62,075 bases of DNA from Thermoplasmatales archaeon. GTDB lineage: Archaea > Thermoplasmatota > Thermoplasmata > Thermoplasmatales > GCA-001856825. The notes under the pieces are model-generated. The model was not told the origin of the DNA. It did no database searches and saw nothing but the letters and a program-made list of their open reading frames with translations. The translations under genes and the position numbers were made by a program. The DNA lies in NCBI GenBank assembly GCA_038734825.1, contig JAVYOD010000002.1, positions 1 to 62,075 on the forward strand. Direction: 5' to 3'. Positions 41,862 to 51,988 of this stretch are shown here, one piece after another; the first letter of the stretch is position 1, and the number at the start of each line of letters is the position of its first letter.

Positions 41862-42393
41862 CCAGGGCAGAGATAATCACCTCCACAACGTCCTGAGCAC
41901 TTATGTTACTAGAATCGATAACGCTATTATAGATAGATCTATCTGAATAATCTATGCCGTAATACTTGCGATACCTCTCTGCCTCGCTCTTTTCCCTTTC
42001 CCTGGTTTCATTCAGTACGTTTCTTCCCTTCTCACCCGATCTTTCTTTCATGGATGAAGTTATCCTCGCAATACGCACATCTTCCCTCGCATCTATAAAC
42101 ACCTTGAATGCCTCTATTCCGTTAAGATAGCAAAGCCAGCCTGCAAGTCTCGATTCAACGATTATATTATCCTTTTGCCTCAGGACGGTGAGTAGGTAAT
42201 CATCCATTGACCTGTCAATTTTATCTTGTTCTTCTGCAATTGAGCCTAGCTCGGAAAGACTGATTTTCATTTTTTCAGCCCATTCCCTAAATATTTTGCC
42301 TCCAACAACTAGGTCCATGGAGAGTCTGTTACTAAGTATTTCTGCCACAGTTGTCTTACCGCTACCCGGAGGACCCGATATAGTTATCCTCAT
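41833..42393 (-). CDS. cmk: Cytidylate kinase, archaeal type
   Basis: MRITISGPPGSGKTTVAEILS, in the conserved position after DUF106. Confidence 0.88.
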   Translation of the reverse strand: MRITISGPPGSGKTTVAEILSNRLSMDLVVGGKIFREWAEKMKISLSELGSIAEEQDKIDRSMDDYLLTVLRQKDNIIVESRLAGWLCYLNGIEAFKVFIDAREDVRIARITSSMKERSGEKGRNVLNETREREKSEAERYRKYYGIDYSDRSIYNSVIDSSNISAQDVVEVIISALGVWQKSRGT

Positions 42394-43084
42394 TTCTAAC
42401 CCTTCTTCTTAGGTAAAGCATCTTAAGACCATACTGAAAAGGATATGTAAAAACGATTGAAAAAAGTGAATACAGACCAATCCAGGCGTAAAAGCCGAAA
42501 TATAAATGCATTAAGCTTCCTGTCCCGAAAGGAGATCTTGCCATTATACTTGGAAGCGTTTCAGCATGAGCCATAAACCCTATAAGCCAAGCAAAAATAA
42601 ACACAGTTAGTATAAGCGTGGCGAATGTTGGCTTCATCTGCTGTGTTGTATACTTCATAGATTGTTGCATGTAGCGTTGCTGCTCTAGCCTAATAGAGTC
42701 AAGCTCTTTCTTGTTCCTTGTTCTTATTGCTTCCCTGTATCTTTCAGAAAGTTTCCTGTTCCTGAACTGTATTTCGGCGATTCCAAAATAATCGGTATAA
42801 AAGTGCCTAGCTATTGTGTTCACGAAACCAGTTACAAGAGAAGCTATTAATATGGTAAAAATAGGTTCAGAGTAGTTAAATCCAATTATTGGCTGGAGAA
42901 TGTACGTCATGGGAATCGCGAATATATCTCTCAGACCTTTTACTGTGTATACGAAAAGGAGGAGTATCATGATTACAAAGTATAGCATCTGCGTCCTCAT
43001 CGTGGACTGCATTGCCTGGCGCTCTTCCTCAGTCGGCTGGGGTCTCTGTGGAACATTTGACCTGGATGTTGGTTTATCGCTCAT
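42362..43084 (-). CDS. DUF106 membrane protein (archaeal YidC/EMC3-like insertase candidate)
   Basis: Three TM helices with a basic coiled-coil loop (RNRKLSERYREAIRTRNKKELD...). It holds the conserved slot between adk and cmk. Confidence 0.75.
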   Translation of the reverse strand: MSDKPTSRSNVPQRPQPTEEERQAMQSTMRTQMLYFVIMILLLFVYTVKGLRDIFAIPMTYILQPIIGFNYSEPIFTILIASLVTGFVNTIARHFYTDYFGIAEIQFRNRKLSERYREAIRTRNKKELDSIRLEQQRYMQQSMKYTTQQMKPTFATLILTVFIFAWLIGFMAHAETLPSIMARSPFGTGSLMHLYFGFYAWIGLYSLFSIVFTYPFQYGLKMLYLRRRVRNEDNYIGSSG

Positions 43085-43638
43085 TTTCCACCTCCTCCAG
43101 CTATTGCTTCAATTATTCTCCTAGTAGCTTCCTCAGCCTTACCATCCTCGTTGAGCACAATAAGCAGTGGTGCTCCTGTGAGGGCGGAGTAGGAAAAACC
43201 ATAATTCCTATTGGCTTCGAGATGCTGTCTTATCTTTTCAAGGGTGTCTTTATCTCTGTTCCTTTCTGTATCCTTCCTTCGCCTTTCAAATATCTCTAGA
43301 GGATCTGCCTCTATCGATATCAATAGATCTGGATTCAGAATACTCAAAATACTATACGGAAGACCTGGAAGATATCCCGAATTTGTAACTATCGAGAAAT
43401 GTGTGTCCACGACAATATCCTTAAATGATGAAATTTTTCTTGCAGCCATCAATTGTATTTCCTTCTGCAAATCTACTGAGAGCTTCCTTATCTCGTCCCT
43501 AGATGATACGAACCCCCTCTCCTTTGCCTCAAGAAACATTATGTCTCCGTAATTCTCAACGGTGATCCCGGAGTCTTTAAGGCCCTTAAGAACAGTCGTC
43601 TTTCCCACGCCAGGTATACCACCTATGATGACCTTCAA
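43081..43638 (-). CDS. adkA: Adenylate kinase, archaeal type
   Basis: MKVIIGGIPGVGKTTVLKGL. ATGA overlap with DUF106. Confidence 0.9.
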   Translation of the reverse strand: MKVIIGGIPGVGKTTVLKGLKDSGITVENYGDIMFLEAKERGFVSSRDEIRKLSVDLQKEIQLMAARKISSFKDIVVDTHFSIVTNSGYLPGLPYSILSILNPDLLISIEADPLEIFERRRKDTERNRDKDTLEKIRQHLEANRNYGFSYSALTGAPLLIVLNEDGKAEEATRRIIEAIAGGGGK

Positions 43639-45393
43639 CTACAACCCCCCGAAGAAGTCTCTCATGAACGGATACATTTCTGTTAGCTGTTCCTTTCCCA
43701 TTGCCTGGTATAGCTGTATGACAATACCTACCGTAAGGAGAACACCTGTCCCCGAGGCGTTGCCAACAGTACCTATAAGATCAGCTGAGGCAGCCAACGC
43801 CCCTACTGCAGCCCCGCTGAATATTGTTATCGCAGGTATGTATTTATCAAGGACACGCTTCAGAACTCTCGGGTCCCTTCTAAAGCCCGGGATTTGCATG
43901 CCGGAACTCTGTATCTGCCTAGCCACCCCCTCAGAGTTCATATTAGTTGTTTCAATCCAGAATTTGGCGAACATTATAGAGGCACCCACCATGAATGCAA
44001 CGTAGGCAAGAACGTGAACACCCATTTCCCACGGGGTATGATTTATTAATTCTGGCTGGTATGCTGATGGCTGAAGCATTGGGAAAAGCCAGTTCGCAAT
44101 CCCATTTGGGTTGGCGAGGTACCAAGCAAGACCCCCTATGGGGGTTGTCTGCTGTATGTTGAGTGATTGAGCAAGAGATGCGGAGGGATAAGCACCAAAG
44201 AAGAAATCGTGACCGAGAATCGGCACCTTGGCCAGAGTTGGATTTGTCCAGAATAGAAGAGACCACATAGAGAGGTTTGCAAGAACAGCTGCAGCGAGAA
44301 TAACTGGTATGTTAGATGCGTACATTAGCTGTATGGGATACCTCCCCCTGGCCCCTCTTGCCCTTTCATGAGCGAGCGGAAGTTCCACCTTTACAGACTG
44401 AGCCCAGACGACAAGGAAGAATATGAAAATTGTACCTATCAGCGCTATCAGTGGATTCGGCGGTGAGAATATTATACGCTCGAGACCTCCGGAGAAGAGC
44501 TGAGCAGAGCTGAACTGATGCAGAAGGTAGAACGTCTTAGGGAGTGCTCCAGACGGCGGGTTTAAAATTGAGAGGGCTTGACCAGATGTTATAGGAACCC
44601 AATTAAGAGTTCCGAGCACGAGCGCCTGCGAAACCCCTGCTGCAATGAACAGAGATACTCCGGAGCCTATCCCCCATTTGGAGACTACCTCATCCATGAG
44701 GAAAAGGAGATAGGAACCCATGAAGACCTGAAGAACTATTATGATCCTAGCAAGCATAAGACCGTATCCAGGTACCGCTGAATTGAGGGCAGAAACTATA
44801 GCTGGATCAGGAGGTAAATAACCGAATACCTGTGGTATTGCCTCGATAAAGATCATGATTATCACGAGAAGCTTTTGGGCTCCCTGATACAGAGCTTTAT
44901 CCTCTGACTTCGTCAGATCTATATTAATAATCTTGGCACCGACAAAGAGCTGCATCACTATGCTTGCAGTAACTATAGGGCCTATGCCGAGATCAAGAAT
45001 CGAACCTGCTTGTCCGGCAAATATCGATCTAAATGAGGCAAAAACATCAACAATCTGTGATTTTTCGAGGCCATAAATGAATATGTTTGACAGGATGAAG
45101 TATATTATGAGGACTAGTGCAGTCCACAGGAACTTCTCCTTGAATCTTACGTGTCTCCCGGGTTTCTTTACGGCAGGTAGCCTATCAACAAGGTTCTTCC
45201 ATCCGTAAAGTTTTGATCCTTCCCCCCTGTAAGACACAAGGAGGTATATCAAATAATATAGAGGAGCAAAGAATAGAGATTCAATTACTGTAACACCTAT
45301 AGAGTAATGAGAATATCTGTAGAGGATATATACATTCAGAGCGTAGAGTAAGATCAGGGGAAGCGCTGTGAACTTATTCCTCTTTATCTCCAT
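43639..45393 (-). CDS. secY: Preprotein translocase subunit SecY (with about 52-aa N-terminal extension if ATG 45393 is used)
   Basis: The canonical SecY N-terminus LVDRLPAVKKPGRHVRFKEKFLWT starts near residue 67. Ten core TM helices. The internal in-frame GTG at 45237 is the alternative start. Confidence 0.9.
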   Translation of the reverse strand: MEIKRNKFTALPLILLYALNVYILYRYSHYSIGVTVIESLFFAPLYYLIYLLVSYRGEGSKLYGWKNLVDRLPAVKKPGRHVRFKEKFLWTALVLIIYFILSNIFIYGLEKSQIVDVFASFRSIFAGQAGSILDLGIGPIVTASIVMQLFVGAKIINIDLTKSEDKALYQGAQKLLVIIMIFIEAIPQVFGYLPPDPAIVSALNSAVPGYGLMLARIIIVLQVFMGSYLLFLMDEVVSKWGIGSGVSLFIAAGVSQALVLGTLNWVPITSGQALSILNPPSGALPKTFYLLHQFSSAQLFSGGLERIIFSPPNPLIALIGTIFIFFLVVWAQSVKVELPLAHERARGARGRYPIQLMYASNIPVILAAAVLANLSMWSLLFWTNPTLAKVPILGHDFFFGAYPSASLAQSLNIQQTTPIGGLAWYLANPNGIANWLFPMLQPSAYQPELINHTPWEMGVHVLAYVAFMVGASIMFAKFWIETTNMNSEGVARQIQSSGMQIPGFRRDPRVLKRVLDKYIPAITIFSGAAVGALAASADLIGTVGNASGTGVLLTVGIVIQLYQAMGKEQLTEMYPFMRDFFGGL

Positions 45394-45820
45394 CTATTTC
45401 TACCTCTCCCCCCGCGCTCCTTATTTTCTCAATAGCGCGATCGGTCGCCCTATCCACTAATACATGAAAAGGCCTGCCGACCTGGCCACCTCCGAGTAGG
45501 ACTCCGTAACCCATTTTCCTCAGGTCCAGAATAATCTTATCATTCTCTACCTTTACATCCCCATTCTGAACCAATTTGTTAAATGACCTGTCCAGTTCCC
45601 CAACGTTTATAGCCTCAACTTCCCTTTTCTGAGCATGCCTGACGAAACCGTGAGAACCATAGTGGTCTGGCTCGTACTTAACCATCCATATCCATCTATG
45701 CTTTCCGAGACCAGCCATACCTCTTCCTCCTCTCTTACCTTTTCCCCTTCCGGCCTTCTTTCCCCTTCCATAAAGAGTACCCCGGTACTTCTTAGTTTTT
45801 GGTTTTACCAATTTCACCAC
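45374..45820 (-). CDS. rpl15: 50S ribosomal protein L15 (uL15)
   Basis: Gly/Lys/Arg-rich N-terminus GRGKKAGRGKGKRGGRG. Position before secY. Confidence 0.92.
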   Translation of the reverse strand: MVKLVKPKTKKYRGTLYGRGKKAGRGKGKRGGRGMAGLGKHRWIWMVKYEPDHYGSHGFVRHAQKREVEAINVGELDRSFNKLVQNGDVKVENDKIILDLRKMGYGVLLGGGQVGRPFHVLVDRATDRAIEKIRSAGGEVEIDGDKEE

Positions 45821-46274
45821 CTTCCAGCATTCTGTCTATGAGGTTGTTTATCGCATTCCCCCTATAACCAAGGTCTCCTCGCATTGAATACGGCCTTTTC
45901 GTCGATCTATAACCACCCTTCGGCGGATTCATCCTGAACACCGGTTTCATCTCTGGAATATCTTTGATTCTCAGGTTACCTTCAATCAACTTGGATGCCA
46001 TTTCTTCAAACGAACTGAATCCAAGTTCCTTTAAAATACTATCGGAGATTGGCTTACCGCCTACCATTTCGCCCCGTTCCTTTAGAAGCTTCACGAGGTG
46101 TTCCTTATCAATTTCTCCCCAAGTTATGTAATCCTTCGCTTTCTTCAATTGACCTAGCTGAGACTGATCTACTAAGACTAGGTGGTTGTTCCTGTTGAGG
46201 CGCAACTCCTTGAATGCCTTTTTTATTCCAATTTCAGTCTTATTGCTTCCCCTGATTTTGATTGCTGCTAACAC
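45792..46274 (-). CDS. rpl30: 50S ribosomal protein L30 (uL30)
   Basis: [10 protein letters not shown]...[17 protein letters not shown]. Conserved cluster position. Confidence 0.9.
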   Translation of the reverse strand: MLAAIKIRGSNKTEIGIKKAFKELRLNRNNHLVLVDQSQLGQLKKAKDYITWGEIDKEHLVKLLKERGEMVGGKPISDSILKELGFSSFEEMASKLIEGNLRIKDIPEMKPVFRMNPPKGGYRSTKRPYSMRGDLGYRGNAINNLIDRMLEGGEIGKTKN

Positions 46275-46926
46275 TCATAACACCTCCTTTATAAATAGGG
46301 GTACTTAACACCAACTTGCTGTTGATCTTAAATCTCACAGTTTCTTTAAGCGCATTAAATGTTGCGTATGCAAAATTGACTGTGCTCTTTGTATGACCTT
46401 CTGAGAACCCCCAGGTATCCTGAATGCCGGCCATAGCAAGTACCTTTTTTGGTATATCTCCTATAGCCAATCCCACTCCCTGTGGGGCTGGTTTCAGGTA
46501 TACTCTAACCGAGCCTGATTTTCCCATAACTTCAAAGGGGAGTGTATGGCTTCTTCCGCACCCGCATTCCCAGGATCCGCAACCCCTCTTTATTTCTATT
46601 ATGTTTAATTTAGCGTTTTCTATTGCCTTCTCGATAGCATCCCCCGTTTCTCTTGCTTTAGCGTGGCCCATGCCAACATATCCATCCCTGTTACCAACCA
46701 CAACAGTTGCAGCGAATTTTACCTTCCTCCCAGAATCTGACATCTTCTGTACCATCTTTATTTCAATTACTTCGTCCTCCAGATTCGGGAGAAGAGCATC
46801 GACGATGCCTGGTTCCCTTATTGGAACGTGCATCGCAATCACTTCAGCGATTGATTTTAACTGCCCTTCCTTCACCATCTTACCTAGCCTAGTTTTTGGA
46901 ACCCACTCAATTGCTTCTTTCGTCAC
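46240..46926 (-). CDS. rps5: 30S ribosomal protein S5 (uS5)
   Basis: ...[21 protein letters not shown]... and ...[10 protein letters not shown].... Confidence 0.93.
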   Translation of the reverse strand: MTKEAIEWVPKTRLGKMVKEGQLKSIAEVIAMHVPIREPGIVDALLPNLEDEVIEIKMVQKMSDSGRKVKFAATVVVGNRDGYVGMGHAKARETGDAIEKAIENAKLNIIEIKRGCGSWECGCGRSHTLPFEVMGKSGSVRVYLKPAPQGVGLAIGDIPKKVLAMAGIQDTWGFSEGHTKSTVNFAYATFNALKETVRFKINSKLVLSTPIYKGGVMSVSSNQNQGKQ

Positions 46927-47417
46927 AGTGATCCCTCCATCATTTTCTTAACCTCTTCAACTCCCTTCTCATCCACGGTTCTTAGATGTTTCCCGAGTAT
47001 CCTTGATTCATCTGGAAACAGTTCTTCGTCAAATGGAACTATAAGACCCGCATCTCTCAGTCCTTTGACGCAGCTTACTAACCTAGAGCCTTTTACAACG
47101 TTCTGCATTCCCAGATCAACAATTACCTTTTCTATTCCTTTCTTCTTTGCTCTCAGACCTGCAAGGTATCCAGCTAGATAAGCTGCAGGTGTGTTGCCTG
47201 TGGGGGCCTTCCACCCAAATTTTTTTAGATCAATAGTAGATGCATGTACAAGTACTCTGTCACCATCTTCGTTGAATTCCGTTATATTTACGAGGGAATG
47301 CTGAAGTGACCTCCTTATAACAGCCCGAGGTATACCGCTTTTAATTAGTGCGAGCCTCTTGGAATAGTCTGTTTTCATAAGGCGTCTCCTTTTTAAAGGC
47401 ATCACATATCTGGTCAT
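46923..47417 (-). CDS. rpl18: 50S ribosomal protein L18 (uL18)
   Basis: ...[27 protein letters not shown]...[13 protein letters not shown].... Confidence 0.92.
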   Translation of the reverse strand: MTRYVMPLKRRRLMKTDYSKRLALIKSGIPRAVIRRSLQHSLVNITEFNEDGDRVLVHASTIDLKKFGWKAPTGNTPAAYLAGYLAGLRAKKKGIEKVIVDLGMQNVVKGSRLVSCVKGLRDAGLIVPFDEELFPDESRILGKHLRTVDEKGVEEVKKMMEGSL

Positions 47418-47875
47418 GTGGAACCACCTTTCAGGACACCAGCATCTTTCATGTGTAGAAGCATGTCAGCCTTACTCCTGAATATTCCACCCTTAATTCT
47501 TCGATAATAACTTCTGTAGTCCTTTCTTGATATTTTTCCGGAGTCCCGGAGTTCCCTAAGTGCTGTCCTCATTCCTCTTACAGTCTTTACCCACCTTTTC
47601 TTTCTCGGCTCCCTTGCATTTCTCGTACCTTTCCTGGAGCCTTGTCCCTTCCTCCTTCCTTTCTTCCTCTGTGCTTTCGCTTCTTTTATCCTTCCCCTTG
47701 AATTTCCTTTCTTCTGTTTTTTCTGTATAACTTTTCTCTTTATCAGGCGTCTGACATCATCTTTGGTGACGGCTTCTGAAATTTCTTCTATGCTTTTAGT
47801 ATCCATCCACACCCTACTCATTCCGACCTTCATAATCTCCGCAGCCATTCTTTTCTGGGCCAGCAATGTAACCAT
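47414..47875 (-). CDS. rpl19e: 50S ribosomal protein L19e
   Basis: LLAQKRMAAEIMKVGMSRVWMD and a basic central region. Confidence 0.92.
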   Translation of the reverse strand: MVTLLAQKRMAAEIMKVGMSRVWMDTKSIEEISEAVTKDDVRRLIKRKVIQKKQKKGNSRGRIKEAKAQRKKGRRKGQGSRKGTRNAREPRKKRWVKTVRGMRTALRELRDSGKISRKDYRSYYRRIKGGIFRSKADMLLHMKDAGVLKGGST

Positions 47876-48271
47876 CTATCTCACCTCATTAAGAATCCTT
47901 ATTCCTCTCTGCTTAGCTACTTCCTGTATCTCGATCCTTTTTCTCCGTCCCACAGTTGAGCTAATCCTAACAGCCTGCCTTGTCACATCAATCCCTTCTA
48001 GGTCTTTAACGTTAGTAACATATTTCTCTTCAAAGCCTGATGGGTGTAGCCCCCTGACCTTCCTGGGGCCACGGTAGCCCGAATCCACAAATGCCTGCCT
48101 GTAACCTCTCTTTTCCCTCAGCTTAGAATGCTTCCCTCTGGGTTTTCTCCAGCTGTCTCCTAACTTTTTATATCTGAACCATTCCTGTCTATGGAACTCT
48201 GGTCTCTTCCTGTTCATCTTATTCCTTATATCTAAGAGTCTCTGAGCGTCCTTATCCAGATTAGCCTTCAA
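47876..48271 (-). CDS. rpl32e: 50S ribosomal protein L32e
   Basis: ...RKRPEFHRQEWFRYKKLGDSWRKPRGKHSKLR.... Confidence 0.92.
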   Translation of the reverse strand: MKANLDKDAQRLLDIRNKMNRKRPEFHRQEWFRYKKLGDSWRKPRGKHSKLREKRGYRQAFVDSGYRGPRKVRGLHPSGFEEKYVTNVKDLEGIDVTRQAVRISSTVGRRKRIEIQEVAKQRGIRILNEVR

Positions 48272-48821
48272 TTATATCACCTTTTTTAACGATGTATATC
48301 CCATCCTGGAATACTCTGGGATCAAACCCTTTTATCTTGCTCATCCTTTCTATCTTGGCTGCGGCATTTCCAAGGATTTCGAGGTCGCACCCCTCTATGG
48401 TCACTATGTCTCCCTTAACAGAAACTTTCGCTTCACTCGGTACGGAAATCACCCTAGCGCTTTTCTCTCCCAAAAAGTTATCCAGCATAACCTGATTTCC
48501 CTTAACAGTAACCTTGACCGGAAAGTGAGCGTATACTATCTTCATTGTATATACAAATCCCTTTGTTACGCCAATGAAAGCACTTTCTATGATACTCCTC
48601 CAGGTTCCGACAATTGCGAGATCAGACCTTTTTTCCCTCAAGAGGTATATGTTGATTTTATTATCCTTTACATCGAGCTTAACAAATTCGTTCTTGAATT
48701 TCTTGAGCACCTGACCTTTTTTACCTTTTATCTCGAGAGAATAGTTATTAAGAGCAACGCTCACACCTTCAGGTATATCTAGAGAGATAACTTTAATTGG
48801 CGTTTCAGTAGACGAATGCAA
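48261..48821 (-). CDS. rpl6: 50S ribosomal protein L6 (uL6)
   Basis: Two-domain L6 pattern. Position between S8 and L32e. Confidence 0.9.
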   Translation of the reverse strand: MHSSTETPIKVISLDIPEGVSVALNNYSLEIKGKKGQVLKKFKNEFVKLDVKDNKINIYLLREKRSDLAIVGTWRSIIESAFIGVTKGFVYTMKIVYAHFPVKVTVKGNQVMLDNFLGEKSARVISVPSEAKVSVKGDIVTIEGCDLEILGNAAAKIERMSKIKGFDPRVFQDGIYIVKKGDIIEG

Positions 48822-49188
48822 GTGCCCTCCCCCCTATGCCCTTTTTCTTAGCCTCAGAATTGCTTACAACCCCTGCTGTAGTTGTGATTACTAATATACC
48901 TATATCTTGAGCTGGAAGGTACCTTGATTCCCACTTTTCCATTTCATCTTTTTTTATTGAAAATCTTGGCTTTATTACACCGCAGTTGTTTATAGTTTTA
49001 GATATCCGAACATGAAACAGGCCACCCCTTCCATTTTCTTCATACTCGAATTCCTCAATGTAACCGTACTTCTGGAATATTTTAAGCACACGGCCCACTA
49101 GGTTGGATGCTTTTACATCTACCTCTTCCCTCCCTAGTTTGCTTGCATTACGAATTGCCACCAGTGCCTCGTTTAATGTATCTCCCAT
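48805..49188 (-). CDS. rps8: 30S ribosomal protein S8 (uS8)
   Basis: MGDTLNEALVAIRNA... ...GILVITTTAGVVSNSEAKKKGIGGRALAFVY. Confidence 0.93.
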   Translation of the reverse strand: MGDTLNEALVAIRNASKLGREEVDVKASNLVGRVLKIFQKYGYIEEFEYEENGRGGLFHVRISKTINNCGVIKPRFSIKKDEMEKWESRYLPAQDIGILVITTTAGVVSNSEAKKKGIGGRALAFVY

Positions 49189-49197
49189 CTTAACACC

Positions 49198-49359
49198 TCA
49201 CGAAAATTTCCTGAAACCCAATTCAGGCGCAATTTCCCTGAAACACTGCCTGCACAGGTGTAGACCATAGCGTCTTATGATTCCCCGCTTTCTGCCACAC
49301 CTGTCGCATCCGTCCTTCCTGCCATACTTTTTCTTCGGACTGAGCTTGTTCTGAGCCAT
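49198..49359 (-). CDS. rps14: 30S ribosomal protein S14 type Z (uS14), 53 aa, below the ORF-track cut-off
   Basis: Hand translation of the minus strand gives [53 protein letters not shown], with a CxxC...CxxC zinc motif. ATGA overlap with the L5 stop. Confidence 0.92.
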   Translation of the reverse strand: MAQNKLSPKKKYGRKDGCDRCGRKRGIIRRYGLHLCRQCFREIAPELGFRKFS

Positions 49360-49886
49360 CAAGATACCTCCACAATTTCTACCCCGTAATTCTTCTTCAT
49401 AAAATCCATAATTTCATCTCTTGTGACCCTGAACTTTACTGGAATAGGATGTCGCCGGAGCCTCCTTCTTGATATTCTATAGCCACCCCTCCTCTTGAAC
49501 GTGATTACGACGTCCATGCCAAATATCCCAATCTCAGGATTGTATTTCATGCCTTTGAAATCAGTGTAATCCGATATCCCAAAACTGTAACTGCCCTGGT
49601 TTGAAAATGAATAACTGAGACACCTGTTATTCTTGACCCAAAGCGCCGCTCTTAGAAATTTGTCCATCTTTTCCCCTCGCAATGTAACTTTTACCCCTAT
49701 ATCCTGCCCCTTCCTTATACCGAACTCCCTGTTTGTCTTCTTTGCTTGAGTGACTATCGGTTCTGCACCTGTGAGTAATTTCAGTACAGTCTTCGCCTTT
49801 TCTAACTTTTCACCCGCTTCTCCCACGCCTATATTCACAGTTACTTTATCTATAACTACATCTCTCATATCCATGTCACTCACCAC
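49359..49886 (-). CDS. rpl5: 50S ribosomal protein L5 (uL5)
   Basis: ...[18 protein letters not shown]... Conserved position. Confidence 0.92.
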   Translation of the reverse strand: MVSDMDMRDVVIDKVTVNIGVGEAGEKLEKAKTVLKLLTGAEPIVTQAKKTNREFGIRKGQDIGVKVTLRGEKMDKFLRAALWVKNNRCLSYSFSNQGSYSFGISDYTDFKGMKYNPEIGIFGMDVVITFKRRGGYRISRRRLRRHPIPVKFRVTRDEIMDFMKKNYGVEIVEVS

Positions 49887-50580
49887 CGGGTATAACTATA
49901 TCGGCCCTAGATTTTCCAAGGACGAAGACGTTTGATACCGTAGTCATAAAATTGTCCACGCTTTCAACCGTATTTTCCTGATAGCTTCTTGATATGTTCA
50001 CATCCTTAATTGTTGTTATAGTACCCATATGTGAACCACCGGTCACGTAAATAGCAGTATCCTTGGCAAGTGGATAAACTTCAAGCACTCTTCCATCTGG
50101 AATTGATATCTTTAGGGTATCACCCCTTCTTATTCCTGTGTTCTGTGTGATTATAACTCTGCCATCGTGGGTAGCAAGCTGTATTCTGCCACCTTTTATT
50201 ATCTTTTTTCCCGTGACTTTGACAAGCTTCCATCCCGCGCTTTCTGGTTGTATATCTGCGAGGACCATTGACCCCTTTTTGTTAAGAAGAACCCTCTTGT
50301 AAGCTCCTAGCTCTTTCACTGCGATAACATCCATAAAACCAATTGGCCTCTGATAATCCTTTACAACTTTTCCATCTATCTCCACCTTCCCCCTAGATAT
50401 TATGTTTCTGGCCTCCTTCGATGTGTCTGCGACATTCATTATATCCCTTATTATCGCCATTAGGGGTACACTTTGGTCCTTCGGATGCGGACCAGGCCTG
50501 GCCCTGACAGACCACACGAATTTCTTCCTGGGCTGTTTCCAAGTTGTCGGGGCGGCCAGCCTTTTGAGATGCTTACTCAT
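49876..50580 (-). CDS. rps4e: 30S ribosomal protein S4e
   Basis: MSKHLKRLAAPTTWKQPRKKFVW..RARPGPH. Confidence 0.93.
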   Translation of the reverse strand: MSKHLKRLAAPTTWKQPRKKFVWSVRARPGPHPKDQSVPLMAIIRDIMNVADTSKEARNIISRGKVEIDGKVVKDYQRPIGFMDVIAVKELGAYKRVLLNKKGSMVLADIQPESAGWKLVKVTGKKIIKGGRIQLATHDGRVIITQNTGIRRGDTLKISIPDGRVLEVYPLAKDTAIYVTGGSHMGTITTIKDVNISRSYQENTVESVDNFMTTVSNVFVLGKSRADIVIPGGE

Positions 50581-51004
50581 TGGATTTCACCTCCTGATCC
50601 ACACTTGAATTTTCAGTGTTTTCAGTCTTCTCTTCGCTTCTATTAGATGATTCAGGCTCCTCTTCAACGGTCTTATTTCTTATAGAAGCCAGTCTCGCGA
50701 GCCTTTCCTTTCTTCTCTTATCCTCGAGATCAACTTTTGTGATAATCAGCGCAGATGGATCTATCTTTCTCGGCTTCATTTTTCCATCTGCTTTCGAAAT
50801 ATTAACATTCTCTACCACTACCTTTTTTTCATTCTTGAGGACCTTTAATACCTTCCCTTCCTTTCCAACTACATTCAACTTCTCATCCTTATCTCCATCT
50901 CCCTTAACTATCCTCACCAGGTCTCCCTTTCTGACAGGGAATCTCTTAATACCGTAACGGGAAGTTAGATCCTTTGATAGATGAATAACAATATCTTTCA
51001 TCAT
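50573..51004 (-). CDS. rpl24: 50S ribosomal protein L24 (uL24), with acidic/Ser-rich C-terminal tail
   Basis: KOW motif VRKGDLVRIVKGD. The tail is EEEPESSNRSEEKTENTENSSVDQEVKSNE. Confidence 0.9.
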   Translation of the reverse strand: MMKDIVIHLSKDLTSRYGIKRFPVRKGDLVRIVKGDGDKDEKLNVVGKEGKVLKVLKNEKKVVVENVNISKADGKMKPRKIDPSALIITKVDLEDKRRKERLARLASIRNKTVEEEPESSNRSEEKTENTENSSVDQEVKSNE

Positions 51005-51010
51005 TCCACC

Positions 51011-51409
51011 TCAAACTATGGAGCTGGCCAGGGCTGCCACTCTTGGCCACCTCTCTGCTGCCTCCTTCGCTACGGGACCTTTGATCTCGGTCCCTCTGGT
51101 TTCTCCGTTATCTTGAACCAGGACCGCAGCGTTATCTTCAAATTCCACCATCAGTCCATCTTGCCTTCTAAACGTTTTCCTCTGTCTTATGACAACAGCG
51201 TAAACAACCTTCCTTCTCATCTCTGGTGAACCCTTCTTTACTGAAGCGATTATCATATCCCCTACAGACGCTGCAGGAACCCGTCTCTTCGTGTTGTGAT
51301 ATGCCTTAACGTTTATGAGCGACAACACCTTAGCACCGGAGTTGTCTGCGCATTCAAGCTTCGCACCAAGGGGAAGACCCCTGATTTGCTTACCTGCCAG
51401 CCCCTTCAT
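51011..51409 (-). CDS. rpl14: 50S ribosomal protein L14 (uL14)
   Basis: ...LECADNSGAKVLSLINV.... Confidence 0.94.
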   Translation of the reverse strand: MKGLAGKQIRGLPLGAKLECADNSGAKVLSLINVKAYHNTKRRVPAASVGDMIIASVKKGSPEMRRKVVYAVVIRQRKTFRRQDGLMVEFEDNAAVLVQDNGETRGTEIKGPVAKEAAERWPRVAALASSIV

Positions 51410-51413
51410 ATTC

Positions 51414-51734
51414 TCACACCACCTTCTCCACGACTACGAATGAAACTGACTTTGCTATCGGTCTAGCGTAAGCAATCCTGACCTTATCCCCCAATGATAC
51501 GTGAATGCACGGCGGCATATGAGCGTGATACTTCCTTCTCCTTTTCTCGTACCTCTCATACTTCTCGTTCTTTCTCAAATACTCCCTAAGGACCGTAACT
51601 GTATTTTTCATGGAGATGGAAATTATCTTCCCTTCTATTATCGGGGATTTAACATTTAGTTCGCCGTGGAACGGGCAATTTTTGTCCGTGCACTCTTCAT
51701 CTGGCTCTTTAACATCAATCCCTATATTTCTCAT
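51414..51734 (-). CDS. rps17: 30S ribosomal protein S17 (uS17)
   Basis: ...CPFHGELNVKSPIIEGKIIS... ...GDKVRIAYARPIAKSVSFVVVE. Confidence 0.92.
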   Translation of the reverse strand: MRNIGIDVKEPDEECTDKNCPFHGELNVKSPIIEGKIISISMKNTVTVLREYLRKNEKYERYEKRRRKYHAHMPPCIHVSLGDKVRIAYARPIAKSVSFVVVEKVV

Positions 51735-51988
51735 CTGTATCCTCTCCTCCTTGCTCTCTTAATCTTTTCTTCAGGTCTGACCCTGATCTTCTCAATAGGT
51801 ACCTCTCGTTCAGAGATTAGCAGTATTCCACGCGTCTTTGGAATGATCTTGTTGCCCCTCTCTGTGGAAATTACCAGTATATTTTTTCTCTCGTCCAAGC
51901 AGGTCCCTCTTAGACCTATCAGCGTTTTATCGGTATGTTTCAAAATTTCTACATCAGCTCCTATGATATCTGTCAAATACGGATTCAC
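51731..51988 (-). CDS. rnp1: RNase P protein component 1 (Rpp29/Pop4 homologue)
   Basis: Sm-like ...IIGADVEILKHTDKTLIGLRGTCLDERKNILVI.... Conserved slot between L29/SUI1 and S17. Confidence 0.85.
   Translation of the reverse strand: MNPYLTDIIGADVEILKHTDKTLIGLRGTCLDERKNILVISTERGNKIIPKTRGILLISEREVPIEKIRVRPEEKIKRARRRGYR

Noticed and set aside
50573-50665. I considered the acidic/Ser-rich 30-aa C-terminal tail of L24 as a separate feature.
   Set aside because: It is in frame and contiguous with a normal L24 KOW protein. Low-complexity tails on archaeal r-proteins are common, and nothing suggests a separate gene or a frameshift.
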